DNA of 64,000 bases, from NCBI RefSeq assembly GCF_006345805.1, contig NC_043003.1, positions 71,548,001 to 71,612,000 on the forward strand. Reading direction: 5' to 3'. Shown piece after piece: positions 1 through 12,269 of the stretch. Below the pieces are notes generated by a model. It saw only the letters and a list, made by a program, of their open reading frames with translations, searched no databases and was not told the origin of the DNA. This stretch comes from Octopus sinensis (taxonomy: Eukaryota). The position numbers and the translations under genes were made by a program. How positions within the stretch are numbered: the stretch's first letter is position 1; the number at the start of each line of letters is the position of its first letter.

Positions 1-8
1 TTATTATT

Positions 9-195
9 AAGGTGGCAAGCTGGCAGAATCATTAGCACAACGGACAAAATGCTTAGCAGTATTTTGTTTGTCTTTACACTAAGCTCAAATTCAGTTGAGG
101 TTGACTTTGCTTTTCAGGGTTGATAAAATAAGTACCAGCTGAACTTAACCTTTCTCCTGAAATCGTTGGCATTGTGGTAAAATTTGAGACCATTA
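9..195 (+). mobile_element. tRNA-derived SINE, family A (diverged copy)
   Basis: aaggtggcaagctggcagaatc head, B-box-like agctcaaattc, gactttgc...gataaaataagtacc body shared with the copies at 218, 5295, 10743, 19915 and 26290; flanked by (TTA)n. Confidence 0.75.
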
Positions 196-217
196 GTATT
201 ATAATATTATTATTATT

Positions 218-437
218 AAGGTAGTGAGCTGGTAGAACTATTAGAAGGACCAAATGCTTAGTGACATTTTGTCTGTCTTTGTGTTCAAATTCTTAGTGAC
301 ATTTTGTCCATCTTTGAGTTCAAATTCTGCAGAGGTTAACTTTGCTGTTAATCCTTTTGGAGTCAATAAAATGCCAACTGAATACTGGGGTTAATGTTAT
401 TGACTTTCCCCCACTTACTTCCAAAATTGCTGGCCTT
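218..437 (+). mobile_element. tRNA-derived SINE, family A, tandem with the previous copy, carrying an internal ~36-bp duplication
   Basis: Same head and body; cttagtgacattttgtc...gttcaaatt occurs twice (256-326); (TTA)n on both sides. Confidence 0.75.
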
Positions 438-460
438 TATTATTATTATTATTTGTGGCA

Positions 461-492
461 ATGGTGGTGGTGGTGGTGGTGGTGGTGGTGGT
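461..492. repeat. (GGT)n microsatellite
   Basis: Direct reading. Confidence 0.95.
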
Positions 493-1179
493 AGAAACAG
501 CCATAGTAGTGGTGATATAAATTCCTAGTAATAAAAATATCACTTTATTTCCCACTTTTATTTCCAGTTAAGTCTGATGGATTAAAAACATTTTTTTTCT
601 GACAGAATATTTAGAAGACATTGCAAGTGAGAGGTAGTAACATGTGTTAACCTAGCAATAACTATATGGATTCCTTGTTGCTATGGATTTTCTTCAAAGA
701 AAGGAGGAATATTTTGGAAAATATCTTACAACAAATTATGGAATAATGTCAACTGGAACTAGAGAATATTGACATAATAGAATAAAGAAAAAAGAACTTT
801 CTTTTTATGGAATTAAATGATCTGACAAGAATTATAAAGATTATATAGAAAGACAAATACTTAGTTTGGTTTGACAGGAGAGAAGTTGAAAGTAGAAAGT
901 TTTTTGAGGTTTTATTAGTAATAGCTAAGAATTATGAGGCTTACGGAGTTACCATTATACAGTGTGTCTGGGGAAAAAAATCAAGAGTTTGTTGGAAAAA
1001 TTGTATTTGAAATGACAAAGATGCAATTTTATTTAAACATGCCTTCATTGTTAAATAAAAGTTAGTTTGGAACAGAACTGAAGAAAAAAACCCCAAGAAA
1101 ACTTTTGTTTGAATGAAGAGTTATGGAGCAGTAACAGAGACGAGGTAGGAGTTAGTGAACAAGTAATTAAAAGATTAAG

Positions 1180-2540
1180 TTGAACTTCACATACACTCCA
1201 TCAAATTCTCTCTTCAATCTCATCACTATGTCATTTCTGGTCACTTCCAGCCAACTGGATCCATTGGCCTTCACAATGTTCCTTTCATTTCTTTCAAATA
1301 GTGGCCCTCTAGAGCAAACCCCTTTTAGTACTAAAAATTTTAATGTGTCCTGATCTTTGGGAACATACAAGTGTGTTCTATCCCTACAAAAGAAGAGCAT
1401 ACCGATTCTCACCAACAACCAATCTAACTTTCAAAATCTCTAAACTTAAGGTAACAGTTGTTAGCAGTTACCCTCTCCCTTTCTATCCTTAGTCGCCCCA
1501 AGAGAGATTCCATAAAACCAAATCTTCTAGGAACTTGATCTTTTACATCACTCATTAGTGGTTCTCATTCTTAAGAATTTTGGTGAAAATAATGTTGCTG
1601 CATTTGACATCTCCAGGATAAACTACGTGTCTATGGACTTCATCAGTCAGATCACACCATTACAATGTAGGCTGTGGTGTGTCCCAAGGTCCAGTTATAT
1701 CACAAATTTTCGTCTATCACTACATTAATGATCTATTTACTGCCACCTCTAACAATATTCACTCCCAATGAAGATGGTCCCACATTTCCTGACCTTCCAC
1801 ACATAGACACCAAGTACATGTAACTTAGATATCAAACCTGCACTGGTTTCATGAACAGAGGCCTGAAGACTTTATTCTAAAGAGACATAACAATCTTGTC
1901 TCCTTCAATAACAACATGAATACATGGTCAATAGAATGAAGGAAGCAGTATAGTATATCATCATCTCTAGTCTTAAACAACACAGAATTAAACCCCCACT
2001 TACAACAAAATTACTACAAATACTAAACCTCACCATAACTCACATTTATATCTTAACACATCCTGTGTCTTGAAGACAAATTTCTAATTCAGAGCTAGTA
2101 AATACTTCTTCATTGAACATCTGTTGATTGTCTATAAAGCCAAGGATGAGGCCTCATACAATGGAACATTATTCCTGCATCTGAGCTGGAGCAACTGCTA
2201 CACACAAAAACATCTTAGATTATGTCTAAAAGGAAAGCCACCCAAGTGATTGATATGGACTCACTGGCATTCACTGATGCACTGTCTCTTCTATCATTAC
2301 TATGATTGACATCTACACCTCACAGCTAGCTTATTACATACTACATCCATTCAATCACCCACATACCTGTCTCTCCTTTTGTTACTCATTCTTTATTTTC
2401 TTCAACTCTCAAGCTCTGAACTAACCCAACACCCAACCTTTCCTCTCCAAAATGTCAACATTCATGTTTTATTCTTTTGTATTGATGTCTACTTGCAGCT
2501 ATTTAAGCTGCAGATTAACTGCAGCATTCTGACCAGACTT
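1180..2540 (+). mobile_element. Decayed L2/Crack/Daphne-like LINE reverse transcriptase and 3' end
   Basis: Frameshifted RT remnants: SGHF(P)ANW, LTNNQSNF (QYGF-like), AFDIS, GVSQGPVISQIF...INDL, and an SLFY-like C-terminal segment. Confidence 0.65.
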
Positions 2541-4937
2541 GGAGGATTTATATAGATCATGGCTACAGTCTCTTCCTTGTGACCATAGTCATTAAAAAAA
2601 AGGAAATGTGCTGAAGTTCCAATTTACAAATTACAACAAAAACTATATACATTACTCTATAATTAATATTAAGCATTACTAATATTAAATATTTTCTAAC
2701 CAGTATAATATATTACATATTAAAGATTTCATATCTTAAAATACTACTGAAAAGTGCACTTAACTCAGCTTTCAGGTACCCAGAATGATGTGACAGCCAT
2801 ATCTTGTCTTTCAAACATTGAATGTAAAACTAAAGAAGCTATCAGTACATTCCATGACAATCAGAAAAGTTGATTTAATTTCACTTATAATCTCTTAAAG
2901 AAATTCTTGGTAAGCAAATATTTATTTTTGGTTCAAGAACAATTATTTTCACAGTAATATCTGCATTTTCAAACTGAGGCATCATATAACTTTTTGTGCA
3001 TCTCAAAGGGAAAATATGTAGGATCTTCTGAGATAGTTGTAAAAATGTAGAGGCTTTTGAAATAAGGGTAGCTCCCATAAGGTGAATGAGAAGTTATAAT
3101 GCAAGAAGATTTTATTTTCAATTACTAACATAATAGCATCATTAAAGGCAAAGTTAGTGTGCTAGAATGACAGGTAAGATTGATATATGAAGGTGAAAAT
3201 ATAAATTTGCAGCTAATGTAGCGGACACATGCAAGTCTAAAGTACAAGAGGTAGAAAATTATCATTGTTTGTAGGAAGTAAGGTGGAAATACAGATTGTG
3301 TAGCTAGTTCTTGTAATTTTTTATTTAACATGCTGTCTCTTCTTTCTCCTCTCCCCTTATAACATGTGCTCTCTCTTTCTTTCTCCTTTCACTTATCCTC
3401 CCTGTAACATGTAACATACAGTCCTTCTTTCCCCTCTTAGTAAACTTAATCCATTGACTGCTTTAACACCATCACCACTATCGTGTTCTTGGGTGGAGCC
3501 TATTCAACTGAAAGCATTCAAGCTAAGTCCCTGGTTTGAGGATACATTCTTCCCTTCTTCTTATCAATTTCCAGCCTCTGGAAAGAGACATGGATGCTAT
3601 CATTGCTCCTCTTACTATGTCATTAAAAAATGATAATAAAATAGACCTGAAACTAAATATGTCACAAGAACTGATGTGTGAAACTAATATCATTATTGAT
3701 AACATACTAAGACAAGATTCTAATAGAGAATGTATAGTAATGAGGCACAGGCAATCAATATAGAGAAGATGAATTAATGGGGAAAGAAAACACTTGATTT
3801 TGGGATGTTCAAAATAAATGTTACTAACAGACATTTCAATATGCATTTATTCTTGATATCCACATATTGGTATTGACAGACACTGACAAGCATTAATTCA
3901 AATAAAACAAGTATCTATGAATCAGTTGTATTGTGAAGATGGTTATCAATAAGATTGGATTGAAGTTAGAAATTCTATAACATTTTCCATGATTTGTAAT
4001 TGTACTGCATCATCAAACATTGGTCATTTTACCACAATAAAACATTTTCCTTCATCCATAATGTTTTTCTAGAATAGCAGCTATATATTTCAAAATGAAT
4101 ATGCAATATTCAAACATAAATGTATAAAAATTACAAAAAAAAAAGATACTCATATATATTGTGTTATTTAGACTGGGTATAATGGTCTTACATTTTAGAG
4201 GAAAGGCCACGGGAAATTTGGGATGTTTACGTATTTTTAATAGCCATTAGTTACATGAAAAAGTGAAATGGCTTGAAATAAGAATCAAAATTGTGTGACC
4301 TTGGGTTTCCATAAGTCATAACTTTTCCTATATACCACATGCCATATATCTATACAGAATATTAATTACCCCTCAGAATGATTATTCAATCTACAATACT
4401 ATATCAGGCAACATAAAAATCTTCATATTTTTTTATTCTGTATTATAATCATAATTTTTAACAGGCACAGAGATGGAAAAATCCAGTATTTACAAATGAA
4501 AGGAGAATCATTGTCTGGAAACATTTAAAACATAATATTTATGATAACTCATTTCCCAAGAGAAATGTTGATAAAGATTACTTTGCATTTCAACAAAATC
4601 ATCATGTTATACTAATGTGTGTGTGTGTGTGTGTTTGCATGCATAGGTATATTGTTCATCAAATCAATACTAAGTATTCACAGATATGCCAAAGTAAATA
4701 TCCATTTAGATGGTCACATGAAATTATTGATATAACAGACAAGCTACTATTCACAACAATGTTGAGAACATATTTAATGTTTCAGTCCATAAAATTAAAA
4801 ACAAGGATGTCATTTTTAGTGTACAGATACAAATAGAATAATGCTCTTTTCTTTGATCTAGTACCTCAATTATATAAAATTCTGGGAATGGTATGGAAAA
4901 TCTCTAGTAAAACTGACAGAAACCTAAATGCAACAGA

Positions 4938-5070
4938 CATAGTGGAAAACTTACACTAGATGTAGTGAAAAGGGTGCACTAGATGTAGTAGATGTGGTGT
5001 ATTACATAGAATAGAATTGTCAAACTAGATATAGTGGAAAAGGTGCACCAGCTGTAGTGGAAAAGGTAAT
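4938..5070. repeat. Degenerate ~21-bp minisatellite (actagatgtagtggaaaaggtgc-like, 4-5 units)
   Basis: Recurrent tagatgtagtg/gtggaaaagg units. Confidence 0.6.
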
Positions 5071-5294
5071 ATCTTCTACAGTCATGAATTGAACTTCAAG
5101 GATATTTTTAAGAACAGAGTTGGGATCAGTGAAAATAGTGACTATGTCTAGAAAAGAGGGAAATAAACTGAGAGATATTGCTTCACCTACTCCAGATAAT
5201 TCGAGGAGAAGTTAGTTAATAAAGCAAACTGGAATTGAACCACTGCTCAAATTAAGATTAAGAGAAAAATAACCAATATAATGATATGGATATT

Positions 5295-5525
5295 TGTTTC
5301 TTTATTACCCATAAAGGGCTAAACATAGAGGGGACAAACAAGAACAGACAAATGGATTAAGTCGATTACATCGACCCCAGTGCGTAACTGGTACTTAATT
5401 TATCGACCCCGAAAGGATGAAAGGCAAAAATCGACCTCGACGGAATTTGAACTCAGAATGTAACGGCAGATGAAATACGGCTACGCATTTCGCCCAGCGT
5501 GCTAATGGTTCTGCCAGCTCACCGC
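5295..5525 (-). mobile_element. tRNA-derived SINE, family A, full length with perfect 19-bp target-site duplication
   Basis: atataatgatatggatatt at 5276-5294 and 5526-5544; the reverse complement carries the gagctggcagaa head and a gagttcaaattcc B-box. Confidence 0.9.
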
Positions 5526-7359
5526 ATATAATGATATGGATATTAAACATGTTGGGTCATCCAGGAAGAACTAGTTAGATCAAACGAAAAAACAGAGATG
5601 ATCAAACGAATGTAGTGTAGATCTGGTTTATGCTAGCAGAAAATAGGTGATGAGAAAATTAGTTGAGACAGCTGACACCTCAGACTCATGTCTTCATCAT
5701 TATATTGAATAGAAACATACACACATGTATGCATATACATGCGTGCATGTGTGTAGGCACCAAATATGAAAGCATTTCAAATAATTTGAATATGATAATT
5801 GGAAAATATCTAAAAATACTAAAGAATTTAATGAGGTCTAGAAAGATGGTTGAAACAGCAAAGCAATAGCTGTTACTGCCATGAATGTGGTGGTACAAAC
5901 AAAATTAAAGAGACAGTTTCTGGTGGCATAACTGATAAAAATAAAAATGATTGTATGTGTAGATAGCGTTACATTCATTTATTCCTGTTTGCATGAGTAA
6001 GATGGATCTGTAAATGAAAATTGTGTTTTTACAGTTGAATGCCCTTCCTACTTCTATTTTATATCAGTTCAGAGGGACACAACACCATGTATGTAGTAAT
6101 AATCCTGTCTAATACTTTAAGATTAGATAATAATAATGATAGAATGAAAATAATGAAGCAGCTGTTGTCAGACTCATAGAAATCAAAATGTTTTTGAAAC
6201 ACTAAAAAAGTAATATTCCAGACAGCTACTTGTTCAGATAAGATAAAATGTTTAAAATGTTTACTAATTAAAATCAAACATGAATTGCAATCAGTATAAT
6301 ATCATCACTTGAATTTAAATTCTGGGTGTATAATTTCACATAAAGTCAATTTAGTTTCCTAGTTACATACAAATCACATGCAAATTGAGGAAAAGATACA
6401 AATCTGTTATTTAACCTGAGGTTAGGCAAAACTGATGACATCAGTGACACATGGCTAAATAGTTGAATAATTGTATACTATCTACAGCTCTATCTACTGT
6501 CTCTATCTTGTAGCAGACCATTCTACAGTATTTGGGGCACCAAACAGACTGCATATATTGCTTTTTTCTTAACTGTCCAGTCTGTTTTTGCATAGTTTTG
6601 TTCAGTCAACCATGACCAAGCTGTGATCAGCTCGTCTTATTCTCACACACATTGTGCCCAGAACTATATTATCCAAAGCCTTTTCTTTTAAGATGGTAAA
6701 GTGTGATCTGAGATAACTTTGACTACTATCTCTAGCAGGTCTTGCTGCTATATAGAAGATGTTGCATTTGATCACAGTATGGTAACTGTATATTAGTACT
6801 TATCTTAGCTCAACATTTGGGAATTAATAAAGCCATCAATGCTGATATTTTCGTCCACATTGACTGTTGTATATGTTGTGCTCAGACTTAGGATAGTTTT
6901 TGTAGAAAATTTCTGGTGCATTCTATATGTATCTAAATGTTGTTTTCCCTAAAGAAGTGACTGTAGATGCAGTGTCACTTTAACTGATATATCTGAAATT
7001 TGACATTCAGATGATATGGAAATTAACAAAATCAGGTGAGAACTTGGTGTTAGCAATATGCTTATAAACACATTCAATGACCAAAGAAATCTTAGAATGA
7101 GATATGCCAACTTAATATTTCTGAGCTTATCAAAACAATTTTCAGCTGTAATCCATAGAGACAAAGAATGAATCTAAAATGAAATTTATGGTAATTTTCT
7201 CATGCTTCATTCTAGTCATGGAAAATAGATTAAGCATGACTTAAGGCCTGTTGCTCTATTTTTCCTGACTAACAATAAACAGGTTCCACTCCTTATTCAT
7301 TGTTGAGTAGGAAAAATGGCATCCAGTACTGGAAAACAGCTGCTTCCTCCTCCTTTAAA

Positions 7360-7592
7360 TCATCGTTTAATGTCCGTTTTCCATGCTAGCATGGGTTGGA
7401 AGGTTTGACCGGGGTCTGGAAAGCCAGGAGGCTGCACCAGGCTCCAGTCTGATCTGGCAGAGTTTCTACAGCTGGATGCCCTTCCTAATGCCAACCACTC
7501 CGTGAGTGTAGTGGGTGCTTTTTATGTGCCACCGGCACAAGTACCAGGGGAGGCTGGCAATGGCCACGATCGGTTGGTGCTTTTTACGTGCC
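7360..7592 (-). mobile_element. RTE-LINE 3' end / RTE-tailed SINE with (GAT)n tail
   Basis: Conserved block gtttctacagctggatgcccttcctaatgccaaccactcc shared with the copies at 9709, 11056, 30199, 42517, 54305 and 61787. Confidence 0.85.
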
Positions 7593-7664
7593 AATATTTC
7601 TTTATTGCTAACCAGTACACCACTCACTACTTTCTCTACTACCATTCATTATAGCCATCCCTCC

Positions 7665-7719
7665 CACCTACCTACCTAAACACTCACCCACCTACCTATC
7701 TACCTACCTAATTACCTAC

Positions 7720-7756
<37 letters not shown>
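7665..7756. repeat. (CTAC)n/(CTAT)n microsatellite
   Basis: Direct reading. Confidence 0.85.
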
Positions 7757-9708
7757 CCTTCCTTTGCTCTCTCACTCCTCATGCTCTGGGCCTCTTCTAT
7801 AGCACTCTTTCTCTGGTGTTGGTGAAGGAACAGATGACAAAGTAAAGAGGACATGACAACCTTTCTAATGCTGGTACCGCTAAGTAAAGTGGATGCTAAG
7901 TAAAGTTAAGAGGAGCATCCAATAAGAAACCATGCCAAAAATGAAACAAGTATGACATCCTTCTACTCATCTGAGAGGGTAGTAACTGTAGATAATTACT
8001 GACTCAGACCACGATGATCTATGTGAACATGGAAAAGTGGATGTAAAAATAACAATGGTGGTGGTGATGAAGATGATGATGCTGATAACAATGGTGATGA
8101 CAATGATACATCTATGCTTGCATCAGTCAGGGTGAGTGTATATCATGGTTCTGTACACTTCTTGCTGCAGGAAGTATATAGAACTTCCTGTACACACACG
8201 AAGTTCACACAACCAGAAAGTAACAATATAAGCTTTATTTTAGGAAAACAGGTAATTAGGATTAAATGTATTCTTTGATAACAGCACAATGACAACCATG
8301 GTATCTTTCCCAGTCACAGCACCTCCATAATCTCACAGCCATATACTAAATATATTAAAATGAATTTACTAGGAATTTAGGAAAGATAGCAAAAAGAAGG
8401 GAAAGGTACAGTAGTAAGTAAACAGATAAACTATTGCTAATATTACAGTATCATTTAATTTTATCTCTCAATATTCTAAGTTTAAATTCTGTTCATGTTG
8501 ACTTTATCTTACATTATGCACTCTACTTCCTATATACACACCGAGGGTTATTAAATTATATATAATGTAACTGGGCAAGTCTAATTATCTGTACATTAAA
8601 CATACAAAAAAACCCCAAAAAAACTAGGCCTTGTACCTCCTCAAGAGAGAAATAAGATCAATATAAAATTGATGATGATGATGATGTAAGCATATTAATT
8701 AGTATGCACATCAGCACATTATACACTAATATTTATTAGTATTCATATTTTCAAAAGCTACATAGCTCATATTAATTTTGAAAAATTATTTTCCTCAAAT
8801 TAGACAAATGTATAGACACATATAAATCTAAGAATTCTGCTAAAATTTATGCTCCATAAACAAGTTAATATTTAAACTGAATCATCAGTTTCAATGCAAG
8901 ACTTATTGATTTCTTGGAACAATAAAATTCCTTAGTTTAATATCTGCAGTCATGACTTATAAGGGAGACACAGCTGTATTTAACAGAACACTGGCCAGTA
9001 ATAGTTGAGTTGCAGCTAATATTAGAAAAGATTATTACTAAAATATTCGATACAAATGGGAGATACTTCACACTTCACTTGAAATGCCCTCGTGTTTTTT
9101 TACATTCTAGCAATATCAATAAACACAAAGAACTGTCTTTCATGCCAGAGGTTTAAATGTAGTTGCAGGAGGACCTGAAGAGAAATGAATAAAATCTAAC
9201 ATGAACAACTCCAAAGACTACACACTCAGCAGTGTAATAGAATTAATAATATTCATTTCTAACATAGACAAGGCCTCAAATTCTTAGGTGAAGATAACAA
9301 TCAATTACTAGATCGTTATTTATTTCATTGACCTCTAAGGTCAATGAAAGATGGAAAATCAAAGGAACATAATTAAACATTGTGTGACATTTTGTATACC
9401 ACATAAAATTAATTTTTGTAGTAATGATAATACATTTAATTAAACTGAACCAAACAGTATTTAATTTATTTCCTTATTCTCATTTCCACAGTCCTTCAAA
9501 TCAGTGACTTAGCTTGTAGAAAATGTTGAACATGAATATATTTTTCACCTTGATAATAAAAGTTCACTTGCAGCCAGTTCAAGAAGTACAAAATGTTCTA
9601 TTTATAAAACTTCAAATTTATTGTTAACAAATGAAGTTGGTAAGGTCTGAAGCCTGTAAATTGATATGTGTTTGCATGAGTAAGAGTGAGTGTGTGTGTG
9701 TGCATATT

Positions 9709-9925
9709 TATCATCATCATTTAACGTCCGTTTTCCAAGCTGGCATGGGTTGGATGGTTTATCTGGGGACTGGCAAGCCAGTAGTCTGCGCCAGGCTCCA
9801 ATCTGATCTGGCAAGATTTCTACAGTGGGATGCCCTTCCTAATGCCAACCACTCCGAGAGTGTAGTGGGTGCTTTTTACGTGCCACCGGTATAGGAGCCA
9901 GTCAAGTGGCACTGGCATCCATCAC
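9709..9925 (-). mobile_element. RTE-tailed element copy
   Basis: (CAT)n followed by ttaacgtccgttttcca...ggatgcccttcctaatgccaaccac. Confidence 0.85.
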
Positions 9926-10364
9926 ATTTTAAGATCAAACTCCAATGAAGTTGATTTCCCTTTTCATCTCTCTAAAACTTCTAAAATATGTACAAGATTT
10001 AATTCTCTCCTCCCTGTCAATTTGTGATACATATGCCAATGTGGAGAAGAAATTTAAAAATGATGTACCAGTCTAAAAAAAGCTTCTCCATAATTTCAAA
10101 TTATAATAGTTACTTTCAGTGGAAATCATCTTGCCTTTCTAGGGTTCATCACTTCTCTGTATGTGTAAAAAAGAGAATCATCATCAGCAAATAACAGCCC
10201 CACTTTCAACAATGAACTGGTTGTTCATACTCAAAATAAACACAAATAATTCATGCATAAAAACCTGATTCAGATTGAAAATCTTTTTTTTCTTAATTCA
10301 AAACATCCTTGTTCTTTCATTTCTAGTAAAAAAAAAAAGAAGTAATTTCCTCTTTTCTTATGAT

Positions 10365-10740
10365 TTATCATTATCATTAAAACCATTAAATGCGGTTTTA
10401 GTTAGTAAGGATGTTGTCTTGAAGTTTGGTGATAACACCTCTCCTCTATCTCAAGAATCTTTCTTAGGAGTCTACAGAATACAACATTCCACTTTTCTGC
10501 TTGTTGACAATGCAAGTCTCAATACAATATTCTTCAGATTCTTAGGTGGCATTTTGGGTGTTGTGCCAAGTACATCAGTTATCACAAAAACAACTGTTGT
10601 CATATTTTTTCACAATCTTTTCCTCTTGTTGATTAGGTCCTGATATTTATCAATTTCCTTAATTTCTTTGGCACCCACTGTTTTAGCAGGTGATATTACA
10701 AGTCTATGATCTTATATTGTTTGCTTTCTTTTTAATCCTT
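10365..10740 (-). mobile_element. R4/Dong-like element 3' fragment (RLE endonuclease C-terminus)
   Basis: The minus strand reads approximately IDKYQDLI...VLGTTPKMPPKNLKNIVLRLALSTSRK, homologous to 13900-14130; degenerate (ATT)-like repeat at its 3' end. Confidence 0.65.
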
Positions 10741-10742
10741 TC

Positions 10743-10905
10743 GTCTGAGTTCAAATTCCACCGAGGTCGACTTTGCCTTTCATCCTTTCAGTGGGGGGGG
10801 GGTTAAATAAGTACCAGTTATGCACTGGAGTCGATGTAATCGACTTAATCCCTTTGTCTGTCCTTGTTTGTCTCCTCTGTTTAGCCCCCTGTGGGCAATA
10901 AAGAA
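10743..10905 (+). mobile_element. 5'-truncated SINE, family A
   Basis: gagttcaaattccaccgaggtcgactttgcctttcatcc...gggcaataaagaaa; approximate TSD tttttaa..atcct. Confidence 0.85.
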
Positions 10906-11055
10906 ATTTTTAAAAATCCTCTGAAATACTGCACTGTGTTGTGGCCATGGCAGTATTTCTAGCTGAGGGAGTATTTCTAGTGAAGAGATCATAGGATTTA
11001 AGCACAATGAAAATTTTGGGAGAATTATGGAACTTATTGGACAATTTGCATTTCT

Positions 11056-11260
11056 GCTGGTGGCATGCAAAAGTGCTGATGGCATGTAAAAAGCACCCAC
11101 TACACTCACGGAGTGGTAAGTGTTAGGAAGGGCATCCAGCTGTAGAAACATTGCCAGATCAAACTGGGCCTGGTGCAGCCTTCTGGCTTCCCAGACCCCA
11201 GTTGAACCGTCCAACCCATGCTAGCATGGAAAGCAGACGCTAAACAATGATGATGATGAT
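11056..11260 (+). mobile_element. RTE-tailed element inserted in the hAT relic
   Basis: gttaggaagggcatccagctgtagaaac...gtccaacccatgctagcatgg plus (GAT)n tail. Confidence 0.85.
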
Positions 11261-11820
11261 GGGCCACTCGAAAGATTTGGCATTCTTGGAAGTGGTAAAC
11301 AGTTATACTTATCACCTCTTGTCTATGAAGAAATTGTTCTGTTGATGGCAAAATTTGTTAAGAATAATATAGTAGCAAAACTTAAAACAGCGAAGTATTA
11401 CTCAATGTCTTTAGAATAAATACCAGACTGGACTCATGTTGACTAGTTAACAATTATTGTATGTTACATTGTTTCTGGAAAACTGATAGAAAGGTTTTTA
11501 ACTTCACTGCAGATTGTTTATAAAAATACTCAAGTACTAGCTACATTTCTAATAGAATTTCTCAAAAAAGAGGGTATAAATTTAGAAGACTGCAGAAAGC
11601 AGTCCTATGACAGTGCCAGTAATATGTCAGGTCATGGCAGAGGAATGCAAGCCAGACTTAAGGAAAATAACATGGCTGCAGATTTCATTCCCTGCACTGC
11701 TCATTCATTGAATTTTGTTGAACAAGCTGCTGCTTCTTGCTGTGTTGGAGCTGTGAGCTATTTTGGTTTTATACAAAGATTATACAACTTTTTTCTGCAT
11801 TGACATACTGATGGGCAAAT

Positions 11821-12269
11821 TTAATCCTTAACCCTTTTGTTACTGTATTTATTTTGAGATGCTCTGTGTTTCTTTTTACTTTAGATATAACAAAGAATTT
11901 AGTAAAATAACTTGGTTATCATTCAGCTAGTGTTAGGAACATAAATTGTGACTAAGGTTTGGTGGAAAATTTTAATTCAAAACTTATGAAAACAAGACAT
12001 TTGTACTCAGAGCCAGAGCCGGTTTCAGCCAGGTTGGTAATGAAAGGGTTAAGCATTTAAACCAACCTTATATGATCCTAATAATGTACCTGTTTTATGT
12101 TCAAACTGACCATGTCCAGCTTCTTACACTTAAACTGCAATGTCATTGTAAAATTAAACAGATACATCATCAAAATCTCTAAGCTACAATATAATGCATG
12201 ATTAATTCAAAACAATGTGAATGAATAAGTATTGCATTAGACAGAGTATTCTGAATGCTAAAGGATTTA
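11821..12269. mobile_element. Outer TTAA-type (piggyBac-like) MITE
   Basis: After removing the inner element the left end reads ttaa|tccttaagcatt; the right end aatgctaaagga|ttta (12254-12269) matches it 11/12 as an inverted repeat. Confidence 0.7.
11828..12052. mobile_element. Inner TTAA-type MITE (217 bp, 11832-12048)
   Basis: TTAA at 11828-11831 and 12049-12052; TIRs cccttttgttac / gtaatgaaaggg (10/12). Confidence 0.8.

Noticed and set aside
1167-1418. Protein-like 83-aa minus-strand ORF (MLVRIGMLFFCRDR...)
   Set aside because: It is the antisense shadow of the plus-strand L2-like RT relic
3536-3763. Open plus-strand frame after a good acceptor (PLERDMDAIIAPL...)
   Set aside because: No convincing donor, no recognisable homology, and it runs into a stop; cannot be supported as an exon
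8050-8137. D/G/N-rich open frame ending in a strong gtgagt donor
   Set aside because: Derived from a decayed (GAT)n retroelement tail with an upstream in-frame stop and no acceptor
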